This document shows positions 20,680 to 30,951 of a stretch of 64,000 bases of DNA, piece after piece. Below the pieces are notes generated by a model. The model saw only the letters and a list, made by a program, of their open reading frames with translations. It made no database searches and was not told where the DNA came from. The translations under genes and the position numbers were made by a program. Numbering within the stretch: the first letter of the stretch is position 1; every line of letters starts with the position of its first letter. The DNA comes from Ignavibacteriales bacterium (lineage in GTDB: Bacteria; Bacteroidota; Ignavibacteria; UBA10030; UBA6906), in assembly GCA_037441705.1 (NCBI GenBank), contig JBBIRR010000025.1, positions 1 to 64,000 on the forward strand, written 5' to 3'.

Positions 20680-21117
20680 ATGCCAGGAGCAGCCAAGACA
20701 GCCGACAGGAAGTCGGTTCTTATTGTCGAAGACAGCGCCGATTTTTCCAATCTTCTCAAATACATCATCGAAGATATGGGCTTTGAAGGCGTGCAGTTTC
20801 CTCTGGATAAGGAAGACATTGTTGAATGGTCCAGAACCCACAAGCCGGAGGCTGTGCTGATGGATCTTCAGCTTCGACGGAAGAATGGCATGCAGTACAT
20901 TCAGGAACTCAAGTCGGATTCGTCTACGAAGAACATCCCGATAATCATTATCACCGGCAGAGACCTAACGCAGCGTGAGATTCTCGACCTTCAGATCAAA
21001 GGCGTCAAGTATCTCAGAAAAGGAAGAATTGAGATGGATGAACTGAAGAAGGTCATCGGCGAGACGCTGCGCGGCCAACACAATGGCGGAGAGAAGTCCA
21101 AGAAAGTCAGCCACTGA
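20680..21117 (+). CDS. Single-domain response regulator (REC)
   Basis: VLIVEDS, AVLMDLQL (phospho-Asp), IIIITGR, YLRK; no output domain. Confidence 0.88.
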   Translation: MPGAAKTADRKSVLIVEDSADFSNLLKYIIEDMGFEGVQFPLDKEDIVEWSRTHKPEAVLMDLQLRRKNGMQYIQELKSDSSTKNIPIIIITGRDLTQREILDLQIKGVKYLRKGRIEMDELKKVIGETLRGQHNGGEKSKKVSH

Positions 21118-21149
21118 CGCATCCCTTATCGGCTTCCACTCACCGCTGC

Positions 21150-22397
21150 TTACACCCACCCCCTGAGCTTGCAAGCTTCAGCGACGCGAGCGACGGCAAC
21201 TACCATAGCGCCAAGCCTCGGATGCACGTTCTTCTCCTTCACGGCTTCAAGCACCGTGTGGTATGCTTTGGTCAGCGTTCGGTCCAGGCGTTGATGCACC
21301 AAGGCTTCATCCCAGAAGAAGGAGTAGCTATCCTGCACCATTTCAAAATATGAAACCGTGACACCTCCCGCGCTGGCAAGCACATCTGGAATGACGTGGA
21401 CACCTTTTTCGTAGAGGATGAGATCGGCTTCAGGCGTGGTGGGCCCGTTCGCCAATTCGCAAACGATCTTGGCCTTCACAGCATCCGCATTCGTTTCGTT
21501 GATAGCATTTTCCAGAGCGGCGGGATAGAGGATTTCCACATCCAGGCCGAGGACTGCGTCGCGCTCGATTTCGACACCGCCGGGAAATCCGCGGACAGAC
21601 CCGGTCTTGAGTTTGTGCGTCACAAGTTCTTTGGGGTTCAAGCCTTTCTCATTGTAGATTCCGGCGCGGGAATCGCAAACGGCGATCAGTTTTCCGCCAC
21701 CCAGTATCTCCTGATGCAGCAGCGCGGCACGCTGTCCCGCGTTGCCGAATCCCTGAATGGCATACCGTCCGTGTGGGTTCACGCCCAGAAGTTTGCATGC
21801 CTCACGCACGGTAATGACGCCGCCGCGCGCCGTCGCGTCGCGGCGCCCCTCCGTACCTCCGATCTGCATCGGTTTATCGGTAAGCACGCCGGGTTGGTGA
21901 CGCTGTACGATTGTTTCATACTCATCCATCATCCACGCCATCGTCTGGGGGTTCGTGTACACATCTGGTGCAGGAATGTCCTTGTCGATCCCAATATAGG
22001 CCGCTACGGCACGCACGTAGGCGCGTGAGAGGTTCTCCAATTCGCGAGGCGACATGGTCTTCGGATCACACACCACGCCCCCTTTCCCACCGCCCAGCGG
22101 CAAATCAACAACCGCCGTCTTCCACGTCATCCATCCTGCGAGGGCACGAATCGTATCGGCGGTCTCATCGGGATGGAAGCGGATGCCTCCCTTTGCAGGA
22201 CCCCGCGCAAAGTTGTGTTGAATGCGATACCCGTGAAAGATACGTACTTCACCGTTGTCCATCCGCGCCGGCAGGGTGAACTTAAATTCCCGCTGCGGCC
22301 ACAACAACAGCTCCACGGTGGCGCTATCCAGATTGAGGAGACGAGCAGCTTCGCGTACTTGCTGTTGCTCCACTTCGAACGAGTTATAGGACTTCAT
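21150..22397 (-). CDS. gdh: Glu/Leu/Phe/Val dehydrogenase, family-II glutamate dehydrogenase
   Basis: RGPAKGGIRF, MTWK, GGGKGG, DIPAPDV, QGFGNAG, ELANGP, GGVTVSYFE. Confidence 0.9.
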   Translation of the reverse strand: MKSYNSFEVEQQQVREAARLLNLDSATVELLLWPQREFKFTLPARMDNGEVRIFHGYRIQHNFARGPAKGGIRFHPDETADTIRALAGWMTWKTAVVDLPLGGGKGGVVCDPKTMSPRELENLSRAYVRAVAAYIGIDKDIPAPDVYTNPQTMAWMMDEYETIVQRHQPGVLTDKPMQIGGTEGRRDATARGGVITVREACKLLGVNPHGRYAIQGFGNAGQRAALLHQEILGGGKLIAVCDSRAGIYNEKGLNPKELVTHKLKTGSVRGFPGGVEIERDAVLGLDVEILYPAALENAINETNADAVKAKIVCELANGPTTPEADLILYEKGVHVIPDVLASAGGVTVSYFEMVQDSYSFFWDEALVHQRLDRTLTKAYHTVLEAVKEKNVHPRLGAMVVAVARVAEACKLRGWV

Positions 22398-22430
22398 ACT
22401 GGTCTGCCTTTCGCTAACGCCGTGTTGCAA

Positions 22431-22628
22431 TCACTCAGGTTTTTTCTGGTCGGGTTCTTGGGTCGTCGGCCCTTGAAATCGGTCGAGCAAAATGCGATAC
22501 CAGCAGTGCCGACACATGAGGGCGCGATCCACACTCAGGAGGACTTTCTCCCACGGGCTAAGCTCGTGGCCGCAATGCGGGCACGCATCGTAGACGTTCG
22601 GTTTCTGCTGCTGAGATTTCATCACCAT
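22431..22628 (-). CDS. Small Zn-ribbon-like hypothetical protein
   Basis: CPHC...CRHC; packed within a few nt between the dikinase-like gene and gdh. Confidence 0.65.
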   Translation of the reverse strand: MVMKSQQQKPNVYDACPHCGHELSPWEKVLLSVDRALMCRHCWYRILLDRFQGPTTQEPDQKKPE

Positions 22629-22635
22629 GCCTTAT

Positions 22636-25635
22636 CTACTGAGGCCGAAGGATGACTCCTTTGTTACGATGACCGTTGATCTTGATGAGAAGCGGTTTCT
22701 CGAAGCGAATCAGTCGTGTAAAGGCTTTGCGTTCAGCCGGCTCCTGGCGCAAGAGCCAGTCCCAATCCAGATGTCCACGTCGGTCGTGAGCATCCACGGT
22801 GAAATATCCCACCATAAATGCCGTAATGTTCTGAAAGAAATGCGACCCTTGCGAAGGCGTCACGGGCATGTCCTTGAAACTCGTCTCGACGATCGTTTTC
22901 GCGCCGGCAATTTGCTCCCACGTCACCGGAATGCCTAACCACGGATCGAGCGATCCCCAGCGGCCGACGCCGATCAGCAGATAGGGCCGATGCTCGGCAA
23001 GCAGCCGAGCGTTGAAACTGCTCACCTCCGCAGCAACCTCGCGGCTTTTCGCGCGCTCGAATTCATGATAATCAACCAAAACGATATCGCGAATATCCTC
23101 GATGACCCCATTGCCCAGCACCTGATCGCTCTGACAGATGAGCGCCGCGGGATCGAAGTCCTCCACGTTCAACTCTTCCGTTTCGCGATGAACCACAAGC
23201 GGCCGCATCTGCAGCAAGCCGAATTCTTTCAATCGATCGCGCCTCCCCGACATGTTGACGGCAAACTCAATCTCCACCGGCGTTCCCATCCCCCACGTTC
23301 CCATATCGCACAGCAGTTCAAGAATCTGCGGAAGCGGGAACGATCTGTTGCGCAGAAGGGGGGCGAAGGTGACGACGCGGATGCCGCTGCGGGCAAGGCC
23401 GTCCGTGATCGTATCGTTTTCAGGCGAGTAGGTCGAGCCAACGTAGTGCAGCGTGCCGTCCCGTTCGGCAACATCCAGCGTGTATTGCTTCAGCAGAAGG
23501 TCGTGCGTCGCATAGCCGAAGTCCGTGGGCGCATCGAGCTGAAGTGCGTAGAAAAGACGCTGAGAACTGTTGAGCGTCTCTTCCGGTGTGTAGAACTGAA
23601 TCAAGTCCGTCGGATACTTCGGGCAGAAGCGAACAGCATTCCCGCCGTCAACGACCGTTTTGCCGAGACCGAGCGCCACCGACACGATCCCATCCGAGTT
23701 CCTCGCAGGAGGGAGGGGATAGAAATTATACGAGCGCGCAACCCCTGCAAAATCGGGATAGAAGCGATTCTCGTGTGCAAGGCCCACCATCTTTTGCACG
23801 ATCACCGCCATCTTTTCTTCTTCCAATCTGTACGATGTAACTTTGATGTAGTCCTTCGCCGTTTGGTAGAATGTCGAGGCATACACCCGCTTGATGCTGT
23901 TCAGAAGGTCGTTGAGTCTCACCAACGGATTGGGATGATTGTTCGGAAGCATGTACGTTTCATACACGCCGGCGAACGGACTGTACTGTGAGTCTTCCAA
24001 CAAGCTCGACGATCGGACCGCAAGCGGTGCATGCATGATGTCGAGGAAGGCAGCCAGCTCACCCAGGACGTCTTCAGGAAATCGGGAGGCTTCGAGAAAA
24101 CGCCGTGTGATTTCTCGATCGTCCGTACAGTTGATGGCAAACTGCTTGAGGTTGTTCTGCTCGAGAAATTCATCGAACACATCCGTGCCGAGGACGACGG
24201 CCGGCGGAACGGTGATCAGCACGCCCTCGAACTGGTTCGCAACGTTGTAATCGTTGATGAGGGTGTTGACGAAACCCAAGCCTCGTGCCTTTCCCCCGAG
24301 CGAGCCGCTGCCGATGCGCGCGAAGCTGCTTTCTGGATCGAATGTCTCCTTGGAGAAGTCGGTGATGATGCCGCGCTGGCGCGCAATGCCGTAATTATGC
24401 AGCGCATCAATTAGATCCTTTCGCAGAAGATCAACCGAGGGATAGTCGGTTACCTTGCGTGGCCGCAATTGGTGCGCAAGCCAGAATTCGGTTCGTGCTT
24501 TCAACCAGTTCGAAAAATGGTTTCGCTCACCGTGATAGAGTATGCTTTCATCCGGGACGACATGCAGCTGTTCTTCCAGACTCTTCAGGTCGCTCGCCCG
24601 CGCAATCTCCATCCCATCCGGGGTACGAAAGATGAAATCCCCGAAGCTGAAGTATTGCACCATGAATTGCCGAAGTTCCGTCAGAAGAAACGGCGAGTCC
24701 TTCAGGACGAACGACGCTCCTGCGGCGTGTGCAGCGGCCTCGTTGTCCGGCGTTTGCGAAAGGAGCAGGATGGGGAGGTCGGGTTGCTCCGCTTTCACAG
24801 CATTGGCAAAGTGCAGACCCGCCACGGGGTCCTGAACACCGCCGCGGGGGAAATCCACATCCGAGATTATTCCCAGCATGTACTCCTTATACTTCTGATA
24901 ATACTCCCACGCTTCCTCGTATGTCGAGCAAAGCAAAATCTTCGGTCGTGCTCGCATTCTCAGGAATTTATGCGTGAGGTTGATACCTTCCGAAATAAGG
25001 CGCTGGGACTGCTTGAGGATTTCCGTGTAGATGATCGGAAGAAAGGACGAATAGTACTTGACGCTGTCTTCGATAACGATGATGGTCTGTACGCCGACGA
25101 CACGCGTATCGTGCTCGACGTTCATCTGGTCTTCAAGGTATTTCACGATGGCAATGATGATGCGGAAATCGCCTTGCCAGATGAAGACCTTGTCGAACGC
25201 GGACACATCCTGGCGGAGAAGGAGATAGTGTAATTCGCGATTGTCGTGGGCCAGCAGGACTATCGGGATTCCGAGTTGCTCTTCCTTCACGAGGCGTGCA
25301 AAATTGAGGGGATGCATGTCGTCAATGTGCAGCGTCGTGATGATCAGATCGAAGCGGCGTTCCTCCTTTGCGAGACTGATTGCATCCCGACCGCTGGAGA
25401 CGCGTGTCAATTCCGGCGAGTGACTGAGATTGAAGCCCTGATACTCGTTCCGAATCAGTTCGTACAGGCGGCCGTCTTCTTCGAACAGGTGGAGATCGTA
25501 CAGACTCGATACCAGAAGAATGTCTCGGATGCGGCGTCGCATGAGGTTCTGAAAGCCCTGAAAGCGATTGCCGTACCCATGCTCTACCCACAACGGGTCG
25601 AGTGTCGTCATCCGTGCATCGAGTTTGGGTTTCAT
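22636..25635 (-). CDS. Receiver-domain/PPDK_N (PEP-synthase-like ATP-grasp) fusion protein, paralogue 2
   Basis: Two REC-like domains, then GSLGGKARGL, LAVRSSSLLEDS..FAGVYET, MAVIVQKMV, LGLGKTVVDG, VEIEFA, LQMRP; C-terminal SQGSHFFQN; no pyruvate TIM barrel. Confidence 0.85.
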   Translation of the reverse strand: MKPKLDARMTTLDPLWVEHGYGNRFQGFQNLMRRRIRDILLVSSLYDLHLFEEDGRLYELIRNEYQGFNLSHSPELTRVSSGRDAISLAKEERRFDLIITTLHIDDMHPLNFARLVKEEQLGIPIVLLAHDNRELHYLLLRQDVSAFDKVFIWQGDFRIIIAIVKYLEDQMNVEHDTRVVGVQTIIVIEDSVKYYSSFLPIIYTEILKQSQRLISEGINLTHKFLRMRARPKILLCSTYEEAWEYYQKYKEYMLGIISDVDFPRGGVQDPVAGLHFANAVKAEQPDLPILLLSQTPDNEAAAHAAGASFVLKDSPFLLTELRQFMVQYFSFGDFIFRTPDGMEIARASDLKSLEEQLHVVPDESILYHGERNHFSNWLKARTEFWLAHQLRPRKVTDYPSVDLLRKDLIDALHNYGIARQRGIITDFSKETFDPESSFARIGSGSLGGKARGLGFVNTLINDYNVANQFEGVLITVPPAVVLGTDVFDEFLEQNNLKQFAINCTDDREITRRFLEASRFPEDVLGELAAFLDIMHAPLAVRSSSLLEDSQYSPFAGVYETYMLPNNHPNPLVRLNDLLNSIKRVYASTFYQTAKDYIKVTSYRLEEEKMAVIVQKMVGLAHENRFYPDFAGVARSYNFYPLPPARNSDGIVSVALGLGKTVVDGGNAVRFCPKYPTDLIQFYTPEETLNSSQRLFYALQLDAPTDFGYATHDLLLKQYTLDVAERDGTLHYVGSTYSPENDTITDGLARSGIRVVTFAPLLRNRSFPLPQILELLCDMGTWGMGTPVEIEFAVNMSGRRDRLKEFGLLQMRPLVVHRETEELNVEDFDPAALICQSDQVLGNGVIEDIRDIVLVDYHEFERAKSREVAAEVSSFNARLLAEHRPYLLIGVGRWGSLDPWLGIPVTWEQIAGAKTIVETSFKDMPVTPSQGSHFFQNITAFMVGYFTVDAHDRRGHLDWDWLLRQEPAERKAFTRLIRFEKPLLIKINGHRNKGVILRPQ

Positions 25636-25658
25636 TTCTGATCACCGAAGGAGTTGCT

Positions 25659-25815
25659 TGGAGGCTGATCAAAAAGTAGTGCTACGTCATTCTGAGCCTC
25701 GTTTCCCAGAGGCGAAGAATCCAGAACCGAGCCATTTGCTGGATTCTTCACCCCGCTTCCCCGAGCGAAGCCGAAGGGTTCAGAATGACGCTGGTTTCTT
25801 TTCGTTCAGCCTCCA
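25659..25815. mobile_element. Putative MITE/REP-like palindromic element
   Basis: Outer IR TGGAGGCTGA/TCAGCCTCCA, extending imperfectly to ..AAAA; inner IRs CGTCATTCTGA/TCAGAATGACG and GAAGAATCCAG/CTGGATTCTTC; non-coding. Confidence 0.65.
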
Positions 25816-25827
25816 GAAGCATCCCAC

Positions 25828-27201
<1,374 letters not shown>

Positions 27202-27251
27202 TTATGTATGGTAGTGGTCGTTGTTGGTAGTTACGACCGGCATGCAGCCGG

Positions 27252-30233
27252 TCACTTTCCGGGTTTGAGAATAATCCCCTTGTTCTTCCGTCCGTTGATC
27301 TTCACCGTGATAGGTTCGTTGAATCGGAGGTGCGCCGTGTATTGCAATTGCTCCACAGGTTCCTGCGAAAGCAGCCAATCCCAATCAATGAACCCGAGAT
27401 TGACAAAGGAGTTGACGGTGAAATACCCGACACGGAACGATGTGATGTTTTGGAAGAAGTGAGAGCCTTGCGAGGGCGTCACGTTCAAATCTTTGAATCC
27501 CGATTCCACGATCGCCGCCGCGCCGGCAATCTGATCCCAGGTGACCGGAATGCCCAACCAGTGATCGAGGCTTCCCCACCGGCCGACGCCGATGAGAATG
27601 TACGGCCGCTGTTCTGCCATCAGCTTCGAGTTGAGGGTGCTGACTTCCCGCGCAGCGTCGCGGCTTTTGCCGCGGTCGAATTTGTGGATGTCGACAACGA
27701 CGATGTCGTAGATATTCGTTACCACGCCGTTGCCCAACACCTGCGTGCTGTGGCAGATCAAGTCTTCCTGACTCACTTTTTCGACATCGAGTTCTTCCAA
27801 CTCGTAGCTTAAGACGAGAGGCCGTATCTGCAAGAACGCAAACTCCTTCAAGCGATCCGGCGGCACCGAAAGGTTCACCGCAAATTCAATCTCGACAGGC
27901 GTGCCCATGCCCCATGTGCCCATATCGAGAACCAATTCAAGAATCTCCGGCAGGGGAAAGGTACGATGCTTGAGGATGGGGGCAAACGTAACGACGCGCC
28001 TGCCACTGCGCGAAACGCCATCGTGTACGGTGTCGTCATCCGGCGAGTACGTGGAGCCAACATGATACAACGTTTGGTCTTCTTCCGCTTTGGTCAGATC
28101 GTAGAGCTGCACAAACTCTGCGGGGTCCATTGTCCCATCGCTGTTGAGGCCGCTCTCCAGGTCGAGCGCATAGAAACTCTGCTGCGCGTTCTTCAGCGTC
28201 TCCTTCGTCGAGAAGAATTGAAGGAGATGTCGTGGAAACTTCGGGCAGAAGCGCACCGTATTGCCGCCGTCCACAACCGTCTTACCGAGGCCGAGCGCAA
28301 CATCTACAATGCCGTCGTTCGAGGATTGCGGCGGAACGGGATAGAAGTTGTAGGACTTGCCGACCCCGGCGAAGTCCGGGTAAAACCTGCCGTCATGCTT
28401 CGCCCCAACCATCCGCTGAATGATGACGGCCATCTTTTCCTCTTCCAAGCGATACGCGGTCGCTTTCATGTAATCGCGCGCTTTGCGTGCGAAGGTCGAC
28501 GCATACACGCACTTGATGGTCGTGAGCAGTTGCTGCAAACGGACCGCTGCATCGGAGTGGTCGTTCGGAATCATGTACGTTTGATAGACGCCCGCGAACG
28601 GCTGATATTGAGAGTCCTCTAACAAACTCGAAGATCGTACTGCCAGCGGTTCGTGTGTAATGTCGAGAAACTCCGACAGCTTCGTCACAATGTCGGCAGG
28701 GAAGTGCTGTGCCTCCTTGAAGCGACGGTACAATTCTTCATCCGGGGGCGGATCGAGCAACACATGTTCGAGATGGTTCATTTCGAGGAACTTATCGAAC
28801 ACGTCTGTTGCAACCACGACGGCCGAGGGGACATAGATTTCGATTCCTTCGAATCTGTGCCTGATGTCGTAGCTGTTGAGTAATGTATTGATGAAACCGA
28901 GGCCGCGAGCCTTGCCGCCGAGAGAACCGCTGCCGATGCGTGCAAAACTGTTTTGTGGATCGAACGACTCCTTGCTGAATTCGGTGATGACGCCGCGCTG
29001 TCGAATTTCACGATACATCCGCAGCGAGTTGATCAGCTCGTTGCGCAGGTCGGTAACCGATGGAAACTCCTCCACCGTGCGGGGGCGCAGCCGCTGCGCC
29101 AGCCAGAACTCCGTGCGCGCCTTGAGCCAATTGGAGAAGTGATTCCGCTTGGCATGATAGACGATGCTCTCATCCGGGACGACGCGCAGCTGCTCTTCCA
29201 ACGTCTTCAGGTTATGGGCGCGCCCCACTTCACGTCCGTCGGGCGTGCGGAACACGAAATCGCCGAAGCCGAAGTTGGACAGGATAAAGGCACGGAGCTC
29301 GTGCAGCAGGCGCGGCGATGTCTTGAGGAGGAATGATGCTCCGATGCTGCGCGCCTGATCGGCGAAGGCGGGATTGCTGGACTGCAGCAGGATGGGGATA
29401 TCCTCGTGTGCTGCACGCACCTGCTTGGCGAAATCGAATCCGGCCTCAGGGTCTTTCACGCCGTTCCGTTTGAAATTGATATCCGAAATAATGCCGAGAA
29501 TAAACTCTTCATACTTCTCGTAGTACGCCCAGGCTTCCTCGTATGACGTGCAAAGCAGAATCTTCGGCCGCGCCCGCATCCGCAACAACCGGTGGGTGAG
29601 ATTGACACCCTCGGCGATGAGCTGCTGCGAGTGATGAAGCACTTCGGTGTAGAGGATGGGAAGATAGGACGAGTAGAAGCGCACATCATCCTCGACCAGC
29701 AAGATTGACTGGACACCGACAGTGAGTGTGTCGTTCTCGACGTTGCGCCGATCCTCCACGTCCTTGATGATCGCAATAATCAGCCGATAGTCCCCCTGCC
29801 AGATGAAGATGCGGTCGAACACCGACGTGTCGTACATCGTCACCAACTCTTTCCGCTCGCGGTTATCGTAGGCAAGCAACACGATTGGGGTGGTGATGCC
29901 CGCTTCCCGCAGCTTCTGCACAAACTTGATGACGTGCATGTCCTCGATGTGCAGGGTGGTGATGATCAGGTCGAACGGGTTGGGACCGGAAGCAAGGTCG
30001 ATTGCCTCTGCTGCACTGGTGACATGGGTGATTTCCGGAGCGTGGCTCAAGTTCAGCGCTTGCGCCTCGTGCCGGATCAGCTCATATAATCGTCCGTCCT
30101 CCTCGAACAAGTAATTGTCGTACATGCTGGACACGAGGAGGATATCCCGGACCTTGAAGCGCATCAGCTTCTGGAACGTCTTGATGCGGCTGCCGGAGAT
30201 GTCTTCTATGTTCAGATGATCGATCTTACTCAT
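27252..30233 (-). CDS. Receiver-domain/PPDK_N (PEP-synthase-like ATP-grasp) fusion protein, paralogue 1
   Basis: Same architecture and motifs as 22636-25635 (GSLGGKARGL, LAVRSSSLLEDS, MAVIIQRMV, VEIEFA, LQIRP, SQGSHFFQN). Confidence 0.85.
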   Translation of the reverse strand: MSKIDHLNIEDISGSRIKTFQKLMRFKVRDILLVSSMYDNYLFEEDGRLYELIRHEAQALNLSHAPEITHVTSAAEAIDLASGPNPFDLIITTLHIEDMHVIKFVQKLREAGITTPIVLLAYDNRERKELVTMYDTSVFDRIFIWQGDYRLIIAIIKDVEDRRNVENDTLTVGVQSILLVEDDVRFYSSYLPILYTEVLHHSQQLIAEGVNLTHRLLRMRARPKILLCTSYEEAWAYYEKYEEFILGIISDINFKRNGVKDPEAGFDFAKQVRAAHEDIPILLQSSNPAFADQARSIGASFLLKTSPRLLHELRAFILSNFGFGDFVFRTPDGREVGRAHNLKTLEEQLRVVPDESIVYHAKRNHFSNWLKARTEFWLAQRLRPRTVEEFPSVTDLRNELINSLRMYREIRQRGVITEFSKESFDPQNSFARIGSGSLGGKARGLGFINTLLNSYDIRHRFEGIEIYVPSAVVVATDVFDKFLEMNHLEHVLLDPPPDEELYRRFKEAQHFPADIVTKLSEFLDITHEPLAVRSSSLLEDSQYQPFAGVYQTYMIPNDHSDAAVRLQQLLTTIKCVYASTFARKARDYMKATAYRLEEEKMAVIIQRMVGAKHDGRFYPDFAGVGKSYNFYPVPPQSSNDGIVDVALGLGKTVVDGGNTVRFCPKFPRHLLQFFSTKETLKNAQQSFYALDLESGLNSDGTMDPAEFVQLYDLTKAEEDQTLYHVGSTYSPDDDTVHDGVSRSGRRVVTFAPILKHRTFPLPEILELVLDMGTWGMGTPVEIEFAVNLSVPPDRLKEFAFLQIRPLVLSYELEELDVEKVSQEDLICHSTQVLGNGVVTNIYDIVVVDIHKFDRGKSRDAAREVSTLNSKLMAEQRPYILIGVGRWGSLDHWLGIPVTWDQIAGAAAIVESGFKDLNVTPSQGSHFFQNITSFRVGYFTVNSFVNLGFIDWDWLLSQEPVEQLQYTAHLRFNEPITVKINGRKNKGIILKPGK

Positions 30234-30481
30234 GGAGTACAGACTGCCGCCTGATGGTAGTGAAGTCTGTGCAAGGAGGGAGACGCGCAGCGCGGCGCTC
30301 TCACCTTCGCTTCATCACTATGTGGAAGAACAGCTTACCGTACAGATGGGGAGAGGTGATGAACGCGACTCTGCTTATGCGCGAACCAGGATCCGACAAC
30401 AATCTATGAAAACTCGCCGGTAAACACAAAGCCCGGGAGTACCTCTGCTGCATCTGAGAGTGTGGGGGATCGGTGTGAGCA

Positions 30482-30883
30482 TCAGCTGATAAATGCCCGG
30501 ATCTGCTCGTTGCGCAAGACGCGCTCGCCGGTATCAACCAGGAAGGCGTCGAGAAATGCACCGAAGCTTTTCTTGTCGTACGTTCCGAGAAAAAGCCCAT
30601 CCATCCGGATGTGAGGGTCGTCGGACGGGCCTGCAACGTATGTGGTAAGATGTGCTGATGAGTTCAGCATGTTGAGCGCCTCCAGAAATCCCGCTCGATC
30701 CGTCTTCACCGTGTCGTTCACGCGGAAATACTGCTGCAGCAACACGCCTCCCAAGTATGCCTTGACAAATACACTGCCGTGCATAGCGTGACGCGCAAGG
30801 ACAGAGTTTTCGGTTTCCCGCGGCACGATCTCGAAGCCGAAGAATTCCAGATGGTTTACAACGTTCTGCAGTGCTGTGTCCAT
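30482..30883 (-). CDS. Hypothetical protein, possibly YbjN/T3SS-chaperone-like fold
   Basis: GGAGG RBS before MDTALQNVV; about 133 aa with an alpha/beta pattern including LEALNMLN. The fold call is tentative. Confidence 0.6.
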   Translation of the reverse strand: MDTALQNVVNHLEFFGFEIVPRETENSVLARHAMHGSVFVKAYLGGVLLQQYFRVNDTVKTDRAGFLEALNMLNSSAHLTTYVAGPSDDPHIRMDGLFLGTYDKKSFGAFLDAFLVDTGERVLRNEQIRAFIS

Positions 30884-30951
30884 GGTATCCCTCCTGTTTG
30901 ATAGTGGCGTTTCGTCACTGCTGATCCGGCCCACGCATTTCCAATCGCCTT

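Noticed and set aside
25659-25815. CRISPR array or simple terminator
   Set aside because: It has no direct repeats with spacers and no cas genes; it is too long and too nested for a plain terminator.
30234-30481. Riboswitch upstream of dikinase-1
   Set aside because: The gap is about 250 nt, but I could not identify a known aptamer consensus or a convincing extended structure by eye.
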